Assembly (NCBI RefSeq): GCF_006345805.1
Contig: NC_043004.1
Span: 73,408,001-73,472,000 of the forward strand
DNA: 64,000 nucleotides
Source: Octopus sinensis
Lineage: Eukaryota
Direction: 5' to 3'
Each line of letters begins with the position of its first letter. The first letter of the stretch is position 1. The notes under the pieces are model-generated. The model saw only the letters and a list, made by a program, of their open reading frames with translations. It searched no databases and had not been told where the DNA came from. Made by a program: the position numbers and the translations under genes. Shown piece after piece: positions 1-13,925 of this stretch.

Positions 1-247
1 GAAGGTGGGATGGCCACGGTTTGAATGCCTTTGATAATAAGTCTGGCCTGCTGGATCAGAGTTGATCTGGGGGCTAAACAATACCAACAATCAGAGAACC
101 CTGTTTGTCTTTCCCGAGAAGTGTATATCAAATGATAAAGAGAGAAAGAGAGAGGGAGAGAGAGTGGTAGAGGTAGATACAATGGGAAATGAATGGAGGG
201 AGAGAGAGAAAGAGAGAGAACGATAGAATGAGAATGAGGGAAATTGG

Positions 248-337
<90 letters not shown>
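248..337. repeat. (TATC)n microsatellite
   Basis: Directly visible perfect tetranucleotide array. Confidence 0.97.
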
Positions 338-338
<1 letters not shown>

Positions 339-699
339 TTGCGAGTGAACATGTATGTATATACTTTATATATGTACATATACATACTTGGAAAAAGATG
401 CGTGGCGTTCGATCATATAATAATATAAATAATACATAAATACAGGACAGTGAGAACGTTCTTATTACCACTTTCACCCCCGCAAAAATCCCAAATTTTA
501 TTTAATTTGCTTTGCGGGAAGGATTGTTTCAACGAATTCGCGTCTTGTTCTTACCTTCGAACGCGGAGTAGATGAAACAGGGACAACTGATGAAGGGGAA
601 TATTCTTTATGTTGTGTCTCGTTTGTCTGTTTTTTTTTCGTTGTTCGAAAAAAGTTCGTTTTCTATGTACCCATATATGCATGTATATATACATATATA

Positions 700-803
700 T
701 GTAGGTATGTACATATATGTATGTATATATGCATATATTTATATATTAATAATGTATAATATATATTTATGTATGTATATATACATATATATATTTATGT
801 ATG

Positions 804-838
<35 letters not shown>

Positions 839-911
839 GATATATATATATATATTTATGTATGTATATATATATATATATAATATATATATATATATTT
901 ATTTATGTATG

Positions 912-958
<47 letters not shown>

Positions 959-1002
959 GTATGTATGTATATATATATATTATGTATGTATATATATAAT
1001 AT

Positions 1003-1033
<31 letters not shown>

Positions 1034-1034
1034 T
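700..1034. repeat. Compound (TA)n/(TATG)n microsatellite
   Basis: Directly visible. It produces the YI-repeat pseudo-ORFs. Confidence 0.95.
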
Positions 1035-1262
1035 AAGGCGGCGAGCTGGCAGAAACGTTAGCACGCCGGGCGAAATGCGTAGCCGTATTTCGTCTGCCGT
1101 TACGTTCTGAGTTCAAATTCCGCCGAGGCCGACTTTGCCTTTCATCCTTTCGGGGTCGATAAATTAAGTACCAGCTACGCACTGGGGTAGATATAATCGG
1201 GTTAATCCGTTTGTCTGTCCTTGTTTGTCCCCTCTGTGTGCAGCCCCTTGTAGGTAGTAAAG

Positions 1263-1265
<3 letters not shown>
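1035..1265 (+). mobile_element. tRNA-related SINE, here called family A (well-preserved monomer)
   Basis: aaggcggcgagctggcagaaacgttagcacgccgggcgaaatgc...gttctgagttcaaattccgccgagg (B-box-like GTTCAAATTCC)...ctttcatcctttcggggtcgataaattaagtaccag...tail. This sequence recurs more than 20 times in the window. Confidence 0.9.
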
Positions 1266-1296
<31 letters not shown>

Positions 1297-3131
1297 CAGT
1301 ATATCTAAGTCGATTTAGACGGAGAACTCCATTCTTCCGTCCGAGAAAACAGCAATTCATCGGGAAAGCTCCCTAGTAACAGGCTACTAGAACAACTTAA
1401 ATAAACTATGGTGCTTAAACATTTATATTGAGTACTTCTCTCATTCATGACTACTGACGAATCTACACAGACGCAAAGTAAAGATATAGAGACGGGGGAC
1501 GAGGGGGAAAAAGAGAAAGCATGCTTGTGAGATACACACATATATAGGGAGAGAGAGGGAGAGAGGAGCGACAAAGAGAGAGAGAGAGACAGACAGACAG
1601 AACAGAAGCAAAGAGAGGGAAGAGGAAAGAGGGAGAGGTACTAATTAAATGTAACACTAACAGAGGAGAGCTGTACATCTATATAAGTATTCGAATATGA
1701 AGAAAACAGAAACCCATTCGAGATATCTAAACATAGAAGGGAAGAAGGTCGACATGAAGGATCTCGGTCGCTCCTGAAGAGATGAGCAGATAAATCCAGT
1801 GAAATGTTATCAGTTTTCTTAAGTAGTTTAAAGTAGTGGAAGATTGCCTCAAGTATCATTATAGGAAACCAAACATAAATTAAGGCCATTTGTAAAGCAT
1901 TAGCTTTCGGTTGTTTTGTTGTTGTTTGTGTTCTTTTTTTCGTGGTTGTTATTGTTGTTGTTCTTCCATTGTTACTGTAGCTCCTGTTGTTCTTATGGTT
2001 GTGTTTTTTCTCGTTTTTTTTTTAAATATATCTTTTACTATTTTTTTTGTTGCATTTTTGGTTTATGTGGCTGGGAGGTTGGATGGCGATTTGAAATTGT
2101 TACAACAACTACTACTACACACACACACACGCATAAACGTATGCGTGTATATAAATCTATGAATCATACTTAATGGATATACATCGTTGATAGGTCAGTT
2201 ACTGCGGTTTTCATCCTGAGATAACATCTCTTCTGGACTGCTGCTTTAAAGACACGATAAATATCGGACGGAGAAGAAAAATAGACCCAGCAGCAGCCAA
2301 CGAGAACTCGAGATAAATCTCAATCTTCTGGGTTTTCCCAATGGCAAATACTCGCAGCCAGCCACATGCCTAGACAAGATTTCGTCGTCTCTATATAGAA
2401 AACACTTATACAACACTCACTGATGTTACAAATTGCCGATCGGCTGAATAAAAATCCAGTATACCTAACTGAAGCAGTATCAAATTAAAATTGCCATCTA
2501 TGTATCACACTTAATGTACATACGCTGTTGGTAGGCCAGTTACTGCAGTATTTATCCCGAGATTATACCACTTATGAACCTGCTAAGTATATGTACGTAT
2601 ATACATACATACATACATGCATACATACATGCATACATACATACATACATATATATATATACATATATACATACATGCATACATACATACATACATGCAT
2701 ACATTGGCATATAAAAATAGTAAGAAAAGGAAATAGATGTTTTGTGGGGTTCAGCTATGAGTATTCCAGTTGCTCAATTAATTGAGCTCTACCTTCTCAT
2801 TGAATTAACCTGTAAATTGTTGCATATTCCGTATACACATTAGGCTTTAATGTAAACCTTAAGCCACATCATTATGACACAGCTTACGACAAAGCCAAAC
2901 CTCTTTCTGCGACAGGTGCACTCATTCCAACTGGCTTCTGTACAATTTCTCTCAGCAGAGTTCCATTCACAAGAATTAGCTCAAATCAAAGGTTATGATT
3001 AAAGTAACTTGTACATAATGCCATAGAGTGGGATCGAATTTGGACACTTGTGATTTTAAAGATAATTTTTTGAGGCTTTGGCTATACACATATATTGTAT
3101 GTAAGGTGCAGACTTATACAGATGAATGTAT

Positions 3132-3512
3132 ACAGCGGTTGCATGGTTAAGAAACTCGCTTTGCAACCACGTGGTTTTAGGTTCAGTCACACTGCATGGT
3201 ACCTCGGGCAGGAGTCTTCTGCTATAACTGTTTGCTGACCAATACCGTATGGATGAATTTGGTAGGCAGAAACTATGCGGAAGCCCGTCAAATATATGTG
3301 CGTGTGTTTTTTGTTTGTCTTCCACTACCGCTTGACAACTTGTGTTAGTTTCTTTACGTCCCCGTAACTTAGGGATTCAGTTAAAACGGTTGATAGAATA
3401 AGTACCAGAGATGAAAATAAATGCCGGGGTTGATTCGCCTCCCGTAAAAATTTCTTAAAGGCGGTGCCCCAGCAAGGCCACAGTTCAATGATTGAAATAA
3501 GTAAAAAGATAA
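3132..3512 (+). mobile_element. SINE family B, diverged copy
   Basis: Degenerate match to the head/core/tail layout seen at 24695, 47975 and 49891. Confidence 0.75.
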
Positions 3513-3814
3513 ACGAGAAAAAAATATGTATATAATATACATACGGAGGAACGCAACCCAAAGATTAGGTAAGTGGATTCTCGATTACGAGTTCGTGAGT
3601 TCGATTCCGACCCCCTTTGTGTCCCTGGACCAAGAACTTTACGAGGCTTCAGTTGCTCCGGTCCGCCGGTAAAATTGGGGGATTAAGAGAGTTCGCTCAG
3701 CAATACGAAAGTACAGCATACAGGGACAGACATCCACACACACGCGCGCGTGCATTTTCGATATTTATTTTTGTCTTACAGCAACTGAACGTCACATGCA
3801 TATTACATTATACG

Positions 3815-4434
<620 letters not shown>

Positions 4435-5002
4435 CAAATACACATGTGTGAATGTAGAGGTGGGGTACAGAAATGAATGAAAAAGACAATGATAAAAATA
4501 TTTAAGTGAGGGTAGGCTGAAATGATGAATTGACAGATTAATAGACCGGATGCACCCTCCTACCCCCATACGGACATTATATATATACACGCATATATAT
4601 ATGTGTGTGTATGTGTGCATATATATAGAATCATAGACAAACACAATTTTTATCGTCTCTTCTGCCCCGTTGTTAACAAGAATTCCTCCATATCTAAGTA
4701 TGTATATATAAGTGAATGTATGTTACAGTATACATATACACATTCACACATACATATAGACACACATGCACATACATATACATGCACATGCCCTCTCTCT
4801 CTCTCTCACACACACACACATATGCACATGTACTCTCTCTCTCTCTCACACACATTTACATGTATGTATGTATATATTTCTTGGAAGTATTTTAACCAAG
4901 TATGCAAATCTTGAAGATGAAATTCCAAACAGAATTCAGAAAGCATGAATATGTTTTCGAAAATTAGAATCTCCATTATGGTCTGAACTATATAAAGAAT
5001 AT

Positions 5003-5429
5003 GGCTAACCACAAAGGGTGGGTGTTACTGTAGCTTTTAGCCCCAGGAGATCATCGTCTCCAGCTGGCTTTAGGCACACTATCTGTGCCCTTATGGTATT
5101 TGCAAAGGGAGGTCATCCCTCTCTCGTAAGCCTAAGTGATACGCACGGACCGCAGTTTCGAGGTAGTTGCCTCTTGTCAACGGGCGGTAATCACCGGTTT
5201 ACAATGAAAAGGAAGACCTGTATGCAAATACTTAGGTGTTTTTCTAGTAACTTCCGTCACTGATTTCGAAAAACTGTTTGCAAGCCTAAAGCCAGCTGGA
5301 GACGATGATCTCCTGGGGCTAAAAGCTACAGTAACACCCACCCTTTGTGGTTAGCCATATTGAGACGGCTATTATACTTTACGTTGTCGAGCGGTTACTG
5401 TTTACATCTCGTTCAGAGATTTATTATTG
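5003..5429. mobile_element. Hairpin insertion with 78-bp perfect inverted arms and a 15-bp target-site duplication
   Basis: Arms at 4998-5075 and 5284-5361 are exact reverse complements. The direct repeat ctatataaagaatat lies at 4988-5002 and 5430-5444. Confidence 0.8.
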
Positions 5430-5696
5430 CTATATAAAGAATATTTTCGAAATATGCATTTTGTCTGTCTCGTTGTATGGCTGTGAAATATGGACATTAG
5501 ATTCGAAACAGTTTCTCAACAAAAACGTCTTTGAGAACCATCGGATATGTCTTGGAGAGATTATGTGATTGATGTGAAGTTCTTGGAGTTAGCAAGAAGC
5601 TCTCTGAAGGCGAAGCAGACTAAAATGGGCAGGCTATGTAGTTAGTATGGAGGATATAAGAATTCCTATGTGTTTACTCTGTGAAGAAATATATAT

Positions 5697-6004
5697 CACC
5701 GTGGTCACCGTGACCGACCAGGCTATCAGATGTTGCTACACATTGCTGGTCACAATGCGCTCCGCATTGTTTTAGCCTTCAAATGACGCCACCCCGATGG
5801 CTAAGTGAGCAGGCCAACAGAAGAAAGAGTGAAAGTTGTGGCGAAAGAGTACAGCAGAGATCGCCACCACCGCCTGCCGGAGCCTCGTGGAGCTTTAGGT
5901 GTTTTCGCTCAATAAATACTCACAACGCCCAGTCTGGGAATCGAAACCGCGATCCTACAACCGCGAGTCTGCTGTCCTAACCACTGGGCTATTGCACCAC
6001 CACA
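5697..6004 (-). mobile_element. tRNA-derived SINE (family D), full length with a 15-bp TSD
   Basis: On the minus strand, A box tagcccagtggtt and B box ggtttcgattccc. TSD tgaagaaatatatat at 5682-5696 and 6005-6019. Confidence 0.88.
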
Positions 6005-6378
6005 TGAAGAAATATATATACTGTATTAAAAGTAAACTTTTCAAGACGAAGTAAACAAAAAAACTGGGATCTGAATGAACGTAACGTCTTTGATGGCATC
6101 TAAGATGCCTTTTCTTTTTATTCAAAGCAAATACCCGAGTCCTACATGCGAAATTTTACCGATATATCACATGCTTTGGATTGAACTGTTCAGTCCACTG
6201 CAAGATGAAGGTTTTGGATGTTCACCTGTAACCACGATCTGATGTGTAGGTAGTGAATGCAAGGCCGCAATTATACTGGTTTGATGAGTTTGCTTTGCAA
6301 CACTGCTGTAATCGAGATGCGTCTAATATACCCGCTGTCTTTTATGCTATTAGATACGGTCATATTTACGTGGAGAGT

Positions 6379-7235
6379 AAAGCGGCAAACTGGCAGAATT
6401 GCTACCGTACCGGAAAAAAAAAAGCCGAGTGGCATATCTTCCGACTTTACGTTCTGAGTTCAAATACCGCTGGGATCGACTTTGCCTTTCGAGGTCGATG
6501 AAATAAGTTGCAGTTGCACACTGAGGTCGATATAATCGACTTACATCCTCTCGCGAATTTGCTGGCCTTGTGCCAAAATTTGAAATTAATATTTTAATGG
6601 AGAATTAGGAGGCGAGTGGGCGGAAACATTGCTGCACTGGAAAAAAAAATTGCTTAGCGGCATTTCGTCTGTCTTTACCTTTTGCGTTCAAATTCCACCG
6701 GGGCGGGGTCGACTTTGCCTGTCATCGTTTCAGGCTCGATTGAACACTTGTGACAAAATTTGCAATCAATATTCGTGTGGAGAGCTGAGAAATAATTCCT
6801 ATGGACGAGGCATCGTCAAGTACAAAATATACTGAATGAGTCCGTACATTTTCAAGCGAATAACTGTAAACAGCAGAAAGAGAAACGTGACAAAAGACAA
6901 GAAGTCTCCAGGGATGTTGATAATCATTTTTGCTTCTAGGAGCAGAAATATTGGGTGACGAGGCTAGTAAGTAATACCCCGAAACGATGAAAAGGAAAGT
7001 CATCCACGGTGACATTTGAACTCGAAGCGTATAGTCGAGGCAGCAGAGTCGGTAGCACGCCGGACAAAATGTTTAGTGGAATTTTGTTCGTCTGTACGTT
7101 CTGTGTTCAAACTCCATTCGAAGTCGACTTTACCTTTCATCGTTTCGGGGTCGCTGAAATAACTACCAGTCGATCACTGGGAATGATGTTCCTTCCCGGA
7201 ATTGCTGCCAAAATTGAATCCAATATTAGTAGAGT
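6379..7235 (+). mobile_element. Three diverged SINE family A copies (about 6379-6590, 6607-6740, 7028-7235)
   Basis: Each has the gttctgagttcaaa...gtcgactttgcct...ggtcgat signature. Confidence 0.75.
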
Positions 7236-10200
7236 TTGCCGTTTTTTTTTGGGGGGGGTGGCTTTTTGAAAATTTTAATCTTTGTTTTGTTTTATTTATT
7301 CATTTTTATGAGAGAAATCTGCTGTTTTTCTGGTTCTTTCTTTTAGTCTTCCTTCCTTTCTTCCTTTCTTGTTTTAATCTACATATTTGACACTATTTTC
7401 CTAACGCCTTATTTCTCTAAGTCATAACCAACACCTGTCTATTATATTATACAACTATTATTAAACGCCACTCCATCGACACCAACAACTCCACCGCTAC
7501 TCACTCCATCAGAACCATTACCACACTTGACAAAACTTTCATTTGTTATATATACTTTCAGTTATTGTAGTTGCTGTTGTTGTAGATTTCATGTCTGTTC
7601 CCCCTGACTTATCTCATCCATCACTTCTGGCACAGTTTGAGTACCACACTGCAACTCCACCACCGTCCCGCTCAACTACCCACCGAAAAAAAGGAAAAGA
7701 AAGAAAGAAACCCCGTCAAACTCCACTCGTCTGAAAGCTCTGAGACACGGCCAAGCCACTTTGAATGAGATCTTTCTGATTACTGCATTCTTTACTAGAC
7801 AATATTCATTAAGCTCAGGGTTTTCTGTTTTTTTCTTTTCATTTCCCTTTTTCTATCTTCTGATAAATCTACGTTGTTAAATGCACATCCAGACATTGTT
7901 TTTTATACGCAATCACAACGAAGTGATAACGATAACTGTCGCGTAGTCACTTCAACATTTATCTAAAGAAAACAATGCTTTAAAAAAGGGTGGGGAATGA
8001 AAAAATAAAAATCCAAAACGTGCCCATCTTGTTGCAACAGCTAAAGAAGCTGGGTTCTGCCTTGACGTAACTATTTTCTTGATCATTTATTGAAGTGACT
8101 GAATTTCTTTTCCTTGGTTAATTGAGAATATTCTCGAGTCATGTGTTGTTGTTGAAATTGTTGCTGTTGTTATTATTTTTCTTGTTACTAAGCCCATATT
8201 GTCTCGCTGGTCAAACACGAATATTAGTTGTAGAAGTTGTTAAGCTCCAGATAGATGCTGATTGAGCAGACTTATGATTAAAGGCATCCAACTTTTAGTC
8301 AGACAAAATACGTACATTACCACTTTACCCTTTCAGGCGATTGAGTGTGATTTGAGAGTAAACTGCCTGCTATTTTAGCAGATACAGCGCTACATCATTG
8401 GCCCGCCATCGACCATAAGGGGATAGTAACTGCCTTCGATTATAGGTCTTTTCGATTAGAATTGACCTGAGGCGGACGACAAAAATGACTTACAAGCTAA
8501 CAGGAATGATTCAATGTACTTCTGTCAAAATGTCGGTGACCGTACTCGTCCCAACGATGGCTATTTCGTCATTTTCTAGAGTTTTATGCATTTAACACAG
8601 TGTTATCTAATGCGTTTTCTTTCAAGACCGTAAGATGTAATTTGAAGTGACGACGTAGGGACACTTTCAGTGGTTCATTACTGAAATAGTCTTCTAATAT
8701 GCAGAAATAGTCATATAATATGCATTACTGGAACATGAAACAGTCTTATAATAGTCATTACCGGAACATGATTGCCTATAGTCTATCAAAACTTTGTGTC
8801 AACATATATAACGATAAACGTCGAAGATGAGAAAAATAGTCGACAATAAAATTAACATTAGTATAAACAAATCAAATCGAAATAGATACATTTCTGAAAT
8901 ACATTCATTTTTATGTATTTATTTATTCAGAGTTTCTTCTAAGGAAAGTAGGAATAATCTCTTCGAGGCGGTATAATCAAATGATATTTTCCCAATTACA
9001 CATTTAGATTTTTTTTTAACTAAAAGGATAGATTGAAGATGACCTGGAATAAAGAAGGCATGTAATTGAAGAGGTTGCGCATGGCAACGAAAGAACTTAA
9101 TAACTGCTCGATTGAGTAATGAAACAATCAGCTAGTTAACTGTTCAAATAGTTAACTAAGTGATGGATAATAAAGAAGTGAAATAGAACCAGTGTGTTTG
9201 TTTATTATTAGCATAATGACCCTCCCGAGCTACAGCATAATCTGTTTCAACACTGGAATTCACATCTAGAATTCAGAAACTGAATAAAAGGATAAGATAT
9301 CTATTAACTCGCCGATCCAAACAAATAGCAGCAGCTTATCCCTTATCCTGTATGGGATCTAATTCTCTGTTTTAGCCAGAGTAGTTATAATCAATATTTA
9401 TGCTTCCATACTCAAAAGCCTACACTAGACTGGTGGTTAAAGTAAACAATGACGACACCAGAGTTTGATTAAATTATTGTGTAAATGAGTTAAAGACAGA
9501 TACATTTCAGAAGACCCACAAGATATTGGGTTGTCAGGTAAATTCGTTTATTTTCTTTCCCTATTTATTTGAACTTTTTCAAATCTTATTTGAATTAACA
9601 CAAAAATGATTTTATCGAAGTCTTTTCTTTTGTGGTTCTATTCTTCCTCTACAACTTTTGTTTATCGTTTTTGAATTTTGGAAAATTGTAACCTCTCTGC
9701 AGACACGTGTTGATGGAGTGCCAAATAGGGGAGAAATACAAAAAGAAACAAAAAAAAACATGAAAACAAAAACGAACGAATTTTTTGACAACATAATAGA
9801 TATTATGCCAGTTTTAAAAGGACAATTTTGTAATAATCCTTTGACTATTATAAGACTGCTGTAATATTCCCTTCACAGAATTATTTCAAGATTGTTGTAA
9901 TAATATTGTATGTAAGAAAATCACTGCCAAAATATCTGGCTTGGTAGCGCTGCTCGAAGAGAACATGTGGCACTAAACTTTAATGGAATTGATGCGTTAA
10001 AATGACAGATGGCACAAAAGCCTTATGGCAACTCTGTGCTTACAAAGCAACTTGCAAAGGACTCTTCATGCTGAAGAGATAGCAGAAATAAAATTGTTAC
10101 GGTATACACTTATATACTAGACGGTTTCAGTGGCCTTTTGATAACAAGGCAGCTGATATAAAACTGGTTATAATTGAACTATGCTAAGAGGACATGTGAT

Positions 10201-10599
10201 GCGAGATATGATAAAAAAAAGTGTACTCAAACGACGGCTAACATCAAGCAAAAAAGCAAAAAAAAGCACCAATAACAAATGAGGATAACGAGGAATCGGA
10301 CAACTAAAGGATTTTCGGACTGTATTACAAAGAGTTTCAAATATCATTGTAAGGAATGAAGCCTTTTTCGTAGAAATCAAGTATATCTATTTGATAAACG
10401 AAAATCAAATGAAATAGATAAATATTACTGAAATGTTTACCTATTCATTTGAGATTAGCATCCATTCGTAAAATTCCTTCTAACATTGTTGAGTATGTCG
10501 TCTGTCCGGGTTTACGTACCGTCTGCTTTCGTTGGTTTTTCTTTGCGTGCTATGATTATCTGTTTCACTATTTATAATTCGATATCCAAAACCTGTATA

Positions 10600-10885
10600 C
10601 ATATATTCATACACTCATACATACATATATAAACTTATATGTATACTTACAAAGACATACGTACATACATACATACATACATACATAATACAAAGATGTA
10701 TACATATATTTACATATGTATACATATATACGCATATACATATTTACATATATACATATATACACACACAATATACATTAAAGCATATATATATTCATGC
10801 ATACATGATCATACACAGACATATATATTTACATACATACATAATCATAAGCACATTTATATACATATTCATATATATATACATA

Positions 10886-10925
<40 letters not shown>

Positions 10926-11110
10926 TACATGCACATATTCATACATATATATACACACAAATATACACACACATATATACACACATACACACACATATAC
11001 ACACACATACACACTCACACACATATTCATATATACATAGATATACATAGACATATATACATAAAACACATACAAGCCTACACATAATACGCACATATAC
11101 GTGCACACAC
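10600..11110. repeat. Degenerate (CATA)n/(TA)n/(CA)n simple repeat
   Basis: Directly visible. Confidence 0.93.
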
Positions 11111-11529
11111 ATTCATATGGCGCGACATACACCCCATGTTGCGCGGCTTATAAAAAAAAAGAGGACCTCAATTTATCGATTTACCAAATCTTTTGAGATT
11201 ATAAATAGTTCAGTAACACCACCTTTTTTCCCCACCATCCACAGCGAGCGACTGACGACACTGAAGTAGCGTGGTGTGGATGTGAGCTTCGATAAAGATA
11301 GACACTACCCTAAATATTTAAACCGCCTGAAAGATTTGGACGTAACCTGTAGACAGATGGAGGAGGAGGAGGAGGAGAGAAACTTATCAGTGCTTATCAT
11401 TCTGTACGGTCTGGCACCAAAACATTACGCCAACCCCCACGCTCGTCTATGTCTGCCTGTATGTCAATATTAGGAGAATAGCGGTTAAATGGATGAGGTA
11501 AGATTCTCCCCTCCACCTCTCACTCTTTC

Positions 11530-11603
<74 letters not shown>

Positions 11604-12313
11604 CCTTTCTGTATTTTTCTCCTTCATCATTCCGCTTCTTAGCCTCTTACTGTCTTTTTTTTTTTTTTTTGACATAGAGCAAGATTTGATTCACATGTTG
11701 TTATTCGTGTTGTTATTGGGGTTGCTTAGCCCCTGGATAAACTTGATCTCGTAGCCTTAAGCTCAAAAGTGTTTCAGCGGTAACGAACCTATCTTTGGGC
11801 AGGTATCAAGCATTGCATTAATAAACACGGTGGTTCTTAACAGTTATTACTCTTGGGTAACCCTTCAAATACATCCCATATATCAAAGAACCTCAACATG
11901 AAAATTATCATAAGTTTTTATTAACGCATAAAGCGCGACGGGCTACGATCGTGCCCGTCAGGCACAGGTCGGCAAGCCACGATCGTGGCCTAGATAGATG
12001 CATTTAATTTATGGGCGTTTGTTGGGGTCTAATGTCACTCAAACGCTCCGATACTCCCCAGAATGCAAGAGAACGAATAGTTCAACTAATGACTTTTCAG
12101 AATATGCAAAACTTGCCCCTATTATATACTAAGAAGATATTTTAACTATTTTTTGTTTTTTTATGTGTGCATAGCAGTCCCATTTTCAAAAAATGTGGCC
12201 AGCAGTCCATGCTATGTAAGTGCAAATCCCTGCGTTTCATGGGTTGATACTTTCCCTTCTCTTTCATAAAGTTATATTTCGTAAGGGGATTAAAGAAATC
12301 CGAAATAGGACCT

Positions 12314-12564
12314 ACAGATTAAAAAAATAATTTTTTGTAACTAAACACTTTCAAACTTCGGACATTGGTAGAATGTGTCACATAAAACATCTTTTACTCT
12401 TAGCATTTTTGAGAAAAACTTATATTTACGAAGCTATCGACGGTGTATATTTTGTTTGTCACTGTTATTTATGACAACCCTTACCCTAAAACCCTAGCCC
12501 TAACCCTAAAACCTTAACCCTAAAACCCTAACCCTAATACTAAATCCCTAACCCTAACACCCTA
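12314..12564. mobile_element. Single-arm, internally deleted copy of the telomere-repeat foldback element, followed by (CCCTAA/CCCTAAAA)n
   Basis: 12314-12445 matches the arm of the 18442-19069 element, then jumps to gtttgtcactgttatttatgaca. About 13 degenerate CCCTAA units follow. Confidence 0.85.
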
Positions 12565-12577
12565 TTTGTGTGTATGT

Positions 12578-12614
<37 letters not shown>

Positions 12615-13529
12615 CTGGCGCTGGATTTTGAACATCCCAGTGACTTGGCGGCTCGGCTGAAAACCGATAGAACAAGTACCAAAGCTGAAAAGTTAGTAAT
12701 GGAGTCGATTTATTCGCCTAAACCCTTGAAAGTAGGGTCTCGGCATAGCTGCAGTCCAATGACTGAAGCAAGTAAATGATAAAGCAACACTTGCACCACG
12801 AAAGCGGAAGCCGTCATGTGGTTGCTCAACCAGGAATGACCTCAACCCAATGCTACTTAACTTGTTCTTTAATTTCAACTCGGAAGTGATGAAAAGCAAA
12901 GTTCAAAGTTGACCAAGGCGTTATCTGAACTTAGGAAATGAAGAGTTTGGGGGAAAAAGAAAAGCTGCGTGGAAATGTTTTACGACGCTCTATCGATTCT
13001 GCTAGTTCGCCAGCGTTTCTGCCAATTGTAATAATAATGGAGACATCAACTTTTAATGCTGACATTGTCATAATACGAGCATTGTCATAAAATACCAAAT
13101 TTGCCAGATTTGTACATTGATTGATGCGTCGTGTCCGACCGATAAAAACGTATAAAGAAACATCTCAGTTGAAGGAGTTTGGAAAATTTTCTCTTAAGCA
13201 AATACAATGACTAGAAAATTTGTAATAACGAAAATGTGGGACAAGAGACATAATAACTGTCCCAGTAGACTCATAAGAGATTGCAATGCAATTAAACACG
13301 ACAGCAAAAATATATCCCTCAAGAACTTTCAGAGAAGCGAAAAATCTTCTCTTCACTTCATGTCTGATTGAAGTTCTGGAATATAAATATTCGTAAAGCA
13401 TACATAATGTTGTCAGGAAATTGCAATCAATAAGTCAATCAGCAAAAAGTAAGAAGAGTGCTTGTAGCTAATAAATCTGGTGAATGCAAGGAGTTATTTA
13501 ACAAGCTCGTTAGTGAAGCAGTGTGTGTG

Positions 13530-13564
<35 letters not shown>

Positions 13565-13925
13565 TAGACAGAGCAACAGAGAAAGAGATAAGAAAAGGAT
13601 AAAAAAGGACAGTGAATTCGTGTTAATGAGAGCGTATTATCAACGGCAGTGAATAAGTAGAATTTGTTTCTTTTTTCGCGTTGATTTTTTTTACACTGTA
13701 TCAGTGGAATTGTTAGGGCGCCAGGAATAAAAACCCTTGCAGTATTTAGTTACGGCATTTTACACTGTGAGTTTAAATCAGTTTTCATCCTTCCGGACTC
13801 AATATAATAAAGTAGCAGCCAAGCATCGAGGACGGTTGGTATCGACTAATCTCCAGCCCGCGAAATCCGTGGCTTTGTGCCAAAAATGAGAAACATTTAT
13901 TTTTATTATTACTATTATTCTTTTA

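Larger units (their letters stand above)
4875..6210 (+). mobile_element. Decayed RTE-clade LINE fragment (RT C-terminus to zinc finger), interrupted by two insertions
   Basis: Broken reading frames give LGSILTKYANLEDEIPNRIQKA, ICILSVSLYGCEIW and KWAGYVVSMEDIRIPMCLLCEE, plus a decayed CPTC-like end. These correspond to RTE motifs YLGS..DDEI..RIQKA, LLYGCETW and RWAGHVVRMED.RIPK.LLYGEL. Confidence 0.75.

Noticed and set aside
582-625. gacaa-CUGAUGA-aggggaatattcttt-atgttgtgtc as a hammerhead
   Set aside because: The first half of the core and a partial stem I are present, but the obligatory GAAA is absent. At best a dead relic.
12480-12564. True chromosome end or fusion point
   Set aside because: The tract is short and degenerate and is attached to a transposon-like arm that recurs at 18442.
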